Source: Candidatus Latescibacterota bacterium (GTDB lineage: Bacteria; Latescibacterota; UBA2968). From it: a stretch of DNA of 64,000 nt. Positions 56,596-64,000 of this stretch are shown in pieces. The notes under the pieces are model-generated. The model did not search any database. It was not told where the DNA came from and saw nothing but the letters and a program-made list of their open reading frames with translations. The first letter of the stretch is position 1; every line of letters begins with the position of its first letter. A program made the position numbers and the translations under genes. Location of the stretch: contig OZ220741.1 of NCBI GenBank assembly GCA_965116885.1, positions 2,656,001-2,720,000 on the forward strand. The letters run 5' to 3'.

Positions 56596-57372
56596 TTACA
56601 GGTTTTGGTCGAGCCAGTCCAGGACGGTGGTCCACGCATTGCCCTGGGCGAGCAAATCGAGTCCATGTCCCGTTCCCTGATAGCCGATTACGGCAGTAAT
56701 CCCCCGGGTCAATTCAGACATGGTTTGGGATGAGGTGTAGGCATATCCATCGCCAAAAGCTGCGAGATAGAGAATGTTTCGCGGTGCAAAACCGGGGATA
56801 TTGGTGCCTATGAGAATTTCCTGGGTCTGGTTTTCGCGAAAGTTGGGTGAAACGGATACGGTTGCTTTTATATCGGGGAACAGACCCGCGCTCACAAAGG
56901 CGATATTGGCACCGATGTCTGTACCGATGACGCCGATGCGATTGGGGTCGGCGTCTGCGCGGGTTTTGAGAAATGCAATTGCAGCGCCGACATCGAGCGG
57001 CATCTGGTTGAAGTCATCAATGGAAAAGTTCTGGATTGTGACGGGTTGCCCATTGCGAAAGATGCTGTTGCCATGTCCGCGAAGGTCAAAGGCGAGTGCT
57101 ATATAGCCCCGCTGGGCAACGAGTTCGGGAACAAAATCTGCCCACTGGAAGTGGTTTTGGTTAAATGGATGGAGCAGGATGACTGCAGGGCGAGGTGCGG
57201 GGTGGTTGGGAGAGGAAAAGAGGGTGCCAAATAACAGAAAGCCGTCTGGCGTTTGAAATTGCACGGGTTCCAGGCGCGCGTGTTGGGCGGTGAATTCGGG
57301 TTCGGTCGGCGTCGGCGCAGTGGTGCTGCCGCATCCGATTAAAAATATTGCGATCCACAAGTATTGGCGCAT
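56596..57372 (-). CDS. Alpha/beta hydrolase lipoprotein
   Basis: LIGC lipobox, VILLHP, DLRGHG, GTDIG elbow, GHG. Confidence 0.88.
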   Translation of the reverse strand: MRQYLWIAIFLIGCGSTTAPTPTEPEFTAQHARLEPVQFQTPDGFLLFGTLFSSPNHPAPRPAVILLHPFNQNHFQWADFVPELVAQRGYIALAFDLRGHGNSIFRNGQPVTIQNFSIDDFNQMPLDVGAAIAFLKTRADADPNRIGVIGTDIGANIAFVSAGLFPDIKATVSVSPNFRENQTQEILIGTNIPGFAPRNILYLAAFGDGYAYTSSQTMSELTRGITAVIGYQGTGHGLDLLAQGNAWTTVLDWLDQNL

Positions 57373-57507
57373 GATACTATCCTTTGATCAGTTTTATTTT
57401 TGACTATTATAGACAAATGTTTGTTCCTCATAATAGTGGGAACATAAGGCAATTAGATTAGAATAGCAAGGCGAGCAAGCAAGCGTACCCTATTTCAAGG
57501 AGGATAG

Positions 57508-57678
57508 ATGCCAGAATTTACGCGCTACGATTTGATTCTGATGGCGATTACCGGAGGGCTTTTTATCGTGGGATTGTGGTGTACGATTTTTGCCTTTCTC
57601 TATGGATTTATGAAGCGGTTAGATCAGATTATTTTGCTGTTGCAGCAGGCAAATCGAGATGCCGATACGGATTCTTGA
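57508..57678 (+). CDS. Small single-TM protein (56 aa)
   Basis: Below the ORF-track cutoff; AAGGAGG RBS; MPEFTRYDLILMAITGGLFIVGLWCTIFAFLYGFMKRLDQIILLL... Confidence 0.7.
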   Translation: MPEFTRYDLILMAITGGLFIVGLWCTIFAFLYGFMKRLDQIILLLQQANRDADTDS

Positions 57679-57755
57679 GAATGGTTGCCTATTTCATAGT
57701 GGGCGTTTATATTGGACAAAATAGTTTCCAAAAACAAATTCTGAAAGGACTGTGA

Positions 57756-59153
57756 ATGAACAAACCGAATATTTTGATGATTGTAACTGATCAGCAGCGG
57801 TGGGATGCGCTGAGTTGTGTGAGCGACTGGCTGGAGACGCCCAATATGGACCGCATTGCGGCAGAGGGTGTGCGATTTTCAAATTGCGTGACCAATTCGC
57901 CGGTGTGTATTCCAACGCGGTTGAGTTTGGCTACCGGGCATTATCCGCACAATACGGGGGTGTGGGACAATCAGAACCACACGTTATCGCCAGATTGTCC
58001 AACGTGGATGCAGGCGGTGCGCGATGCGGGGTATCGCACGAGTCTGTTTGGCAAGACGCATTTACACCCGCACGGAGGCGATTTGAGAGATCGCGAGCAT
58101 CTGATGCACAGTTATGGGCTTGATGATGTGGATGAAATTGGCGGGCCGAGGGCGAGCGCGCGATGTCTGTCGTACATGACGGCGATGTGGGAGGAGAAGG
58201 GGTTGTGGGCAGCGTATCAGGCAGATTTCGAGGAGCGTTTTAGCAATAAGCCCTGGGTGACGCGGCCATCGACATTGCCTTTTGAAGATTATGCAGATGT
58301 GTATGTGGGGCAGCAGGCGAAGAAGTACCTGGCGGGATATGACCGCAATCAGCCCTGGTTCTGCTGGGTGAGTTTTGGCGGGCCTCACGAACCGTGGGAT
58401 ACGCCAGAACCCCATTATAGCCGGTATAATCCGGAGGATATGCCCGATCCAGTTGCTCCGATAGAGGATGATCGCGAGCGTCCACAGGGTTTGTTAGATG
58501 CCAAGCAAAAGATACCGTTTGAACCGGGAGAAGAGAAATTGTTGCGCGCAAATTACGCGGGCAATGTCGCGTTGATCGACGATCAGATTGGCGAGATTTT
58601 CGATGTGATTGAAAAACGCGGCGAGATGGATAATACGGTCGTTGTGCTGACGTCGGATCACGGCGAGATGAATGGGGATTACGGTTTTATTTATAAGAGC
58701 AATCTCTTAAATGGCGCGGTGCGGGTTCCCCTGCTGATTCGCACGCCCGAGACGGCGAGTGGTGATGTCGCTGGTTCTGTATGTGACAGTCCGATTGAGT
58801 GGTTTGATGTGGGGCCAACGCTGGTCGAGCTTGCAGGTGGTGAACTGAATTTCAGGCAGTTTGGCAAATCGGCCTGTCCCGTTCTGGAAGATCCGACGCG
58901 AGAACACCGCACAGAAGCGATATCGGAATACGGCGGGGAGATTATGTTGTTGAATCGCGAATGGAAGATTGTGCTGAATCGCGAAGGGCAGCCCTATTTG
59001 CTTTTCGATGTGCAAGAAGATCCCGGTGAGGTGAATAATCTCGCGGGTTTGCCCGAGATGGCCGAGGTTGAGAATCAACTGCGCTTGCGGATTCTCGATC
59101 GCGTGGCTTCGTCACAGGCTTTGTCAGGGGCGCATTTTGCGTTGGGAACATGA
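57756..59153 (+). CDS. Cys-type sulfatase
   Basis: PNILMIVTDQQR, CIPTR, GKTHL, PHEP, SDHG. Confidence 0.94.
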   Translation: MNKPNILMIVTDQQRWDALSCVSDWLETPNMDRIAAEGVRFSNCVTNSPVCIPTRLSLATGHYPHNTGVWDNQNHTLSPDCPTWMQAVRDAGYRTSLFGKTHLHPHGGDLRDREHLMHSYGLDDVDEIGGPRASARCLSYMTAMWEEKGLWAAYQADFEERFSNKPWVTRPSTLPFEDYADVYVGQQAKKYLAGYDRNQPWFCWVSFGGPHEPWDTPEPHYSRYNPEDMPDPVAPIEDDRERPQGLLDAKQKIPFEPGEEKLLRANYAGNVALIDDQIGEIFDVIEKRGEMDNTVVVLTSDHGEMNGDYGFIYKSNLLNGAVRVPLLIRTPETASGDVAGSVCDSPIEWFDVGPTLVELAGGELNFRQFGKSACPVLEDPTREHRTEAISEYGGEIMLLNREWKIVLNREGQPYLLFDVQEDPGEVNNLAGLPEMAEVENQLRLRILDRVASSQALSGAHFALGT

Positions 59154-59203
59154 GGAGGCGCGATGCTTGAGGGTGAGTATTACGATGATCAAGTGAGGGT
59201 TCT

Positions 59204-59446
59204 ATGCTAACTACATATATCCAATCCGCTATGAAACACGCGAAATACGAGATCCTTGATGATCAAACGTTCTATGGAGAAATTGAAGGCTTTCAAGGTG
59301 TGTATGCGAATGCAAATACCTTAGAAATGTGTCGCGAGGAATTGCAATCCGTGCTCGAAGGTTGGATCATTCTCGGCTTGAGGATGGGGCATCCGCTTCC
59401 AGAAGTAAATGGCGTGCGTTTGGATGCTGTATTGGAGTCCGTGTAA
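59204..59446 (+). CDS. hicB: HicB-like antitoxin (short, no DNA-binding domain)
   Basis: MLTTYIQSAM..AKYE, YGEI..FQGV.A...TLE.CR.EL..VLEGW. Confidence 0.88.
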   Translation: MLTTYIQSAMKHAKYEILDDQTFYGEIEGFQGVYANANTLEMCREELQSVLEGWIILGLRMGHPLPEVNGVRLDAVLESV

Positions 59447-59664
59447 TGCCCAAATTTGGGCCAATTAGTCGTCGCGATCTAATTCGCTATTTGAGGCAAT
59501 TGGGATTTGAAGGTCCGTATCCTGGAGGCAAGCATCATTATATGGTTCGAGATACAATACGTCTTGCCATTCCCAACCCGCATCGTGGTGATATTGGACG
59601 TGGGCTTTTGCACAGGCTTTTACAGCAAGCGAATGTCAGCCGAGAAATTTGGGAGGATTTGTAG
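59446..59664 (+). CDS. hicA: HicA toxin
   Basis: LRQLGF, GGKH, IPNPH..DI..GLL; TAATG overlap with hicB. Confidence 0.9.
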   Translation: MPKFGPISRRDLIRYLRQLGFEGPYPGGKHHYMVRDTIRLAIPNPHRGDIGRGLLHRLLQQANVSREIWEDL

Positions 59665-59697
59665 CATATTGATCAAGTTATCGCTTGAGGAGAGATT

Positions 59698-61191
59698 ATG
59701 TTTCAGAGCAGACCCCATATCATTTTTATCATTACCGATCAGCAGCGTTTTGATACCATTCAGGCTTGGGGATATGATTATATGGTTACGCCCACGCTGG
59801 ATCGGCTCGCGCGTGAGAGTGTGTCTTTTCGGCAGGCGTATTGTCCCGGTGCGACGTGTGTGGCCTCGCGGGCGGCGATTTTTACGGGTATGTATCCGCA
59901 TACGACGGGCGTTTATAGTTTTGATCACTGGGCAAATCACCGGAACTGGGTGCAGGATTTATCGGATGCGGGCTACTATTGCGTGAATATTGGCAAGATG
60001 CACTTGACTCCGCGCGATGTTCCGGGCGGATTTCACGAGCGCGTTATTGTGGAAAATCCCACCAATAAGGCACTGGACGGTGGCGGGGCAGATGACGATT
60101 GGGGCAGGTACATGACGTTTCACGATGTGAAGCGTCCCAATGATCGCAATAAGGCAGATCCCGAGTGGCTCAGTAAGTGTCAGGGGGTTGTGTGGCACGA
60201 GGAGGAGCGCTTTCACAGCGATGTGTTTATCGGAAATTCTGCGTTGAACTGGATTCACAATCATCAGGGCGATAAACCGCTGTTTCTGCAGATCGGTTTT
60301 ACGGGACCTCATGAGCCATGGGATCCTTTGCCGCGTCATCTGGATTTGTATCGCGATCGGGATATGCCGCCGTGTGTGAAGCGGGATGGGGAGTTGGAGG
60401 ATAAGCCACCGCAACATGCGGCGCATCTGGATATGCACGCGACGACTGATCACGAGTCGCAAATCGATTTGCGCGGGCGTACAGATGATGAACTCGCACA
60501 GATGAAGCGGCATTATTACGGGAATATTTCGACGGTTGATGAAAAGCTGGGCGAGATTATGGATGCCCTGCAAGAGCGGGGGTGGTTGGAGAATAGTTTG
60601 TTGGTTTTTTGTTCGGATCACGGCGAGATGCTGGGCGATCACGGGTTGGCGTATAAGTGGTTGATGTACGATCCGATTGTGCATATTCCGCTGATGATTC
60701 GCACGCCGCAGTCTGTTGATCGTCCAGGCGAAACGCGCGATCTGGTTTCGCTTATGGATCTGGGTCCTACGATTCTGAAGGCTGCGGGGGTAGCTGTTCC
60801 GACCTATTTGGAGGGGCGTTCTTTGATGCCGTATTTGAATGGGGAGACGCCCGTGCCTCGAAAATACGTTTTTTGCGAGGATAATTATCAGATTATGATG
60901 CGGTCACAGACCCATAAGATGGTGTATTATATCGGGCAATCAGAAGGCGAGTTGTACGATTTAAACCGCGATCCCGGAGAGTTGTGGAATGTTTGGGATA
61001 GGTCTGAATACGCCGGTGTGAAAGGCGAGATGTTTGCGGATTTGCTCAGTTGGATGGCGACGAGCAATTATTACAATGCCGGATACAAGCGCCAGCGCAG
61101 CAAGCAATACGGCATGCGATGGCCCTCGGAAAACGACGCGTATTTGCACGGGCGCAAAGGACAACCAAAACCCCGAGTTGTCGATTTGTAG
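59698..61191 (+). CDS. Cys-type sulfatase (CxAxR variant)
   Basis: TDQQR, CVASR, GKMH, PHEP, SDHG. Confidence 0.93.
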   Translation: MFQSRPHIIFIITDQQRFDTIQAWGYDYMVTPTLDRLARESVSFRQAYCPGATCVASRAAIFTGMYPHTTGVYSFDHWANHRNWVQDLSDAGYYCVNIGKMHLTPRDVPGGFHERVIVENPTNKALDGGGADDDWGRYMTFHDVKRPNDRNKADPEWLSKCQGVVWHEEERFHSDVFIGNSALNWIHNHQGDKPLFLQIGFTGPHEPWDPLPRHLDLYRDRDMPPCVKRDGELEDKPPQHAAHLDMHATTDHESQIDLRGRTDDELAQMKRHYYGNISTVDEKLGEIMDALQERGWLENSLLVFCSDHGEMLGDHGLAYKWLMYDPIVHIPLMIRTPQSVDRPGETRDLVSLMDLGPTILKAAGVAVPTYLEGRSLMPYLNGETPVPRKYVFCEDNYQIMMRSQTHKMVYYIGQSEGELYDLNRDPGELWNVWDRSEYAGVKGEMFADLLSWMATSNYYNAGYKRQRSKQYGMRWPSENDAYLHGRKGQPKPRVVDL

Positions 61192-61227
61192 AGGGTGATA
61201 TATATCTGGATATATGGGTCATGTCTG

Positions 61228-62850
61228 TCAAAACTCGTCCAACCGCTTCCGGAGTCTTGCTGTTTCAAGTGTGTTCTCTGATGCGACGGATGACGGCATC
61301 ATATCTAAAATTTGACGTGCTTTTTTCGGTTGGTTTCTGTCGAGTAAGGCCGCCGCATACACCAGGTATGGCTGGGCGGTTTCGGCTTTCACGGGCTGAG
61401 AATCAAACTGCGTAAGAACGTGTTCCGCTGTTGCGAGGTCATCCAGCGTTATCAGATAGTCTATGAGTTGGCTTGCCAATGCGCCCGATCCCGGCTGGGC
61501 ATCAAAGGCTCTTTTCAAGTGTGAAAGTGCCGCGTCACGCTCGCCTGTTGACCACAGCAACGCACTTTCTCTCAAAGCATGAATTACCTTGTAACGCGGA
61601 TGAGCAGGCAGGATAACGCGAAAATACGTCCGCCCTTCATCGTAGTCGAATAGCGGTTCTGGAGACCCATTTTCTGCCATTCGACGGCGAATTTTGGGCA
61701 GTCCTGTTCCCCGGCCCTCGGCCAGTCTCAATTCTTTCAAAAACTCACCTATTCGGCGATTTCGCGCAGGTACAGGAGGTACAACACCATCCCGAACGAG
61801 ATGATGTGCCTCAATGCCTTGAAGCGGTCCTGGATAACTGATTATCTCTATGCGATCCGGGTATAGATATATCTTCGTGGGTTCGCGCAGGTTGTCATAA
61901 GAACGATGATATACGGCGTTGACGACCGCTTCCTCCATCGCTTCGTAGGGATATGTGACTGCGCGATCTACTTCGGCCTCTCGCGGTCGTTTTTTTAACA
62001 TAACGTCTGTGAGTGAATTGAGGTGGTCTAAAGTGAGTTTGATCTGTTCGTTGAGCGGTCCAGTAATTATTCTCTCTTCAATTAAATCGCCTCCCGTATC
62101 GTCACCAAACTGCACAATCTCGATTCTCGCACCGTCAAAGAAACTGTCCGGGGTCTCATTGAAGAACAGGATGGCTGCGTTGCGCGGCGCGTAGTGGTCA
62201 TTGAGGCGGACGACGATTCGCATCCGCTGATAGAGGTCGATATCTGCGACATTTGTTCCGGTCTGTATCAAGTCGCTTCGTACATCCGAAAGAAATCGGC
62301 GGACCAACATAGGAGATATGTCCTCGACTTTGGCGACCAGACTACGCCGGTCATCGAATGGTATCCGTGCTGTTTGCTCTATGAGTTGGGTTCGTATTTC
62401 ACCCCTCGCTTCGACAGTGCTGGAGCCTTGCCGCACGTAGTATTCCCGTTCGCCACTGCGTCCGCGTTTTGGAGCTTGATAGGGCCGATTATCGCCGCCG
62501 GGTGCCCAAATAATCAGTATCGTCTCACCGCGGTATGTTTCGGGGAATACGAGTGGCTGGTACATGGGATCAATGCGATTACACTGTCCGTATATCTCTC
62601 TTTGGATATGATCGAGATCGAGATGACCGAGACCACGCGGGGGCAATATAGGGAGGCCCTGTTCATCTGTGTCGATACCCAGGATAACATACCCGCCGTT
62701 TAGATTTAGCAAGTCATTCGCAAATGCACACACGCTCCGAACAACCGATTCCTTTACGGCGTCATTCCAGGTCGCTTTGAACTCTCTGCGGTTGTCTTCA
62801 ACCGATCTGGCGTGGATCAGATTATCAATATTGATTGGCACACCTTGCAT
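61228..62850 (-). CDS. Schlafen/AlbA_2 domain + GHKL-like (HATPase_c_4) domain + TPR-like tail
   Basis: REFK, VCAFAN, GGYVILGI; EAVVNAVYHRSY, RNRRI, EGRGTG; helical C-terminus. Confidence 0.85.
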   Translation of the reverse strand: MQGVPINIDNLIHARSVEDNRREFKATWNDAVKESVVRSVCAFANDLLNLNGGYVILGIDTDEQGLPILPPRGLGHLDLDHIQREIYGQCNRIDPMYQPLVFPETYRGETILIIWAPGGDNRPYQAPKRGRSGEREYYVRQGSSTVEARGEIRTQLIEQTARIPFDDRRSLVAKVEDISPMLVRRFLSDVRSDLIQTGTNVADIDLYQRMRIVVRLNDHYAPRNAAILFFNETPDSFFDGARIEIVQFGDDTGGDLIEERIITGPLNEQIKLTLDHLNSLTDVMLKKRPREAEVDRAVTYPYEAMEEAVVNAVYHRSYDNLREPTKIYLYPDRIEIISYPGPLQGIEAHHLVRDGVVPPVPARNRRIGEFLKELRLAEGRGTGLPKIRRRMAENGSPEPLFDYDEGRTYFRVILPAHPRYKVIHALRESALLWSTGERDAALSHLKRAFDAQPGSGALASQLIDYLITLDDLATAEHVLTQFDSQPVKAETAQPYLVYAAALLDRNQPKKARQILDMMPSSVASENTLETARLRKRLDEF

Positions 62851-62968
62851 GGGGGCCTTACCGATCTGTGATACTGCGAGTAGTTTTGCGAAGGCGAACG
62901 CTTGTCGTGAACAAAAATATGCGATCACAGCAAAAAGTCAAAGACAGAACCAGAACCCTAAATGATGT

Positions 62969-64000
62969 TTACACAGAAACGACTTGTCTCGCATCTTCGA
63001 TTTCGGCGTCGAGATTGCCCGACAGGTCGTTGTTGTTGAGGTGGATGCGGTCGGCTTTTTCTCCGATGTGAACACCTATGCGTTGTGTTGCTGTTTTGTC
63101 ATTGCCAATGCGATTATTTGTGAAGGTGAGGTCGTGGGTTTCGCCCAGGATGCGTATGCCGTAGCCTTTGTTTTTGTCGCCGTTGTCGAGGATCTGATTG
63201 TTCTCAAAGGTGTTTCGGTGCCCGCCCATGGGTTCGGATTCATTGCGGAAGAGGATGCCTTCACAGCCGTTGCGCAGTGATCGGTTGTTGGAAAACACGT
63301 TGTCGGTGTCTTTGTGACCAATGGAGATGCCCGTGTCGCCATTGCCGATGAGGTCGTTATTTTCAAAGACGCCGTGTTTTACGCGCCAGCACAGGAAGAG
63401 GCCAATGCGGCCGTTGTTTTCCGAGCGGCAGTTGCGGATGATGGGATGCTGACTGCCACTGCCCGGGTGCAGACCCAGGTGGGTATTGCCCGTGCAGGTG
63501 CAGTTTTCGACTGTGACATGCTGGCTTTGCTGGAAGCTGATGCCATCGCCGTGATAATTTTTGATCGCGCAGTTTTGTATCGCTGTATGATGCCCGCGGT
63601 AGAGGAATATGCCGGCGCCGCGGCAACCGTTGAGGTGCGGATTGTTTTCGCGGTTGCCATCTACAGTCAGATTTTCGACCCGGGCATTTTCGATGTGGTA
63701 GCCGCTGATGACCGGGAAGGTGGTTGCAGCGCGCGCATTGCGAGAGACGAGGTAATCGCCTCCCATGGGCACATTGACGCCAAAGGTGTTGTCCTTTTGC
63801 CAGAGGATGGTGCCGACGGCGGTGTGAAATCCACCGCCATGATCGTCTGTGATACTGACGCCATAGCCCACTTTGAATCCATCGGGATTTTCAAGGGTGA
63901 TCTGTTCTTCGCCAAAATCTCCGTCGAGGAGAAGTGGGGTCTCAACGCCGTCTGCCTTCCGCAATGTGGTATTTTCTCCCTGTCCTCTGACTGTGATATT
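62969..64000 (-). CDS. Right-handed parallel beta-helix protein, 5' end outside the window
   Basis: Repeated Asn/Gly-rich units (DGISFQ, GNTHLGLHPGSG, NNGRIG, GNGDTGISIG). Confidence 0.85.
   Translation of the reverse strand, partial: NITVRGQGENTTLRKADGVETPLLLDGDFGEEQITLENPDGFKVGYGVSITDDHGGGFHTAVGTILWQKDNTFGVNVPMGGDYLVSRNARAATTFPVISGYHIENARVENLTVDGNRENNPHLNGCRGAGIFLYRGHHTAIQNCAIKNYHGDGISFQQSQHVTVENCTCTGNTHLGLHPGSGSQHPIIRNCRSENNGRIGLFLCWRVKHGVFENNDLIGNGDTGISIGHKDTDNVFSNNRSLRNGCEGILFRNESEPMGGHRNTFENNQILDNGDKNKGYGIRILGETHDLTFTNNRIGNDKTATQRIGVHIGEKADRIHLNNNDLSGNLDAEIEDARQVVSV

Noticed and set aside
59163..59210. 15-codon ORF MLEGEYYDDQVRVLC with a GGAGG RBS before hicB
   Set aside because: Too short to support; may be a scar from the TA insertion.

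Overview
Bacterial chromosomal window with about 60 CDS. I saw no rRNA, tRNA, CRISPR array, transposase or phage genes. Housekeeping blocks are yggS-yggT-divIVA-mtnP-NUDIX-dksA-lspA-rluD, recJ, trxA-holA, an RND efflux pump and tilS-ftsH-folP. They are interleaved with accessory genes: four Cys-type sulfatases, two PhyH dioxygenases, two Gfo/Idh/MocA enzymes, a serpin lipoprotein and several toxin-antitoxin-like cassettes. That mix suggests (inference only) an FCB-group, Latescibacterota/Gemmatimonadota-like organism, possibly a marine sponge symbiont. Main observations: (1) a nitrogen-transport-linked partner-switching cluster (AGCS symporter, STAS, REC-PP2C, RsbW-like kinase, periplasmic binding protein, HAMP histidine kinase, Amt with no adjacent GlnK); (2) a PspA/ESCRT-III plus polyamine-synthase envelope locus split into two convergent halves and invaded by TA-like cassettes; (3) ftsH is broken by a -1 frameshift exactly at an in-frame A_AAA_AAG slippery heptamer, which is either programmed recoding or a homopolymer error; (4) an NCS2 permease missed by the ORF track, with its nucleobase-binding residues substituted; (5) a probably leaderless, plant-type TrpD-like gene; (6) a Schlafen/AlbA_2-ATPase-TPR candidate defence gene. 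All family calls come from reading motifs by eye, with no database search.
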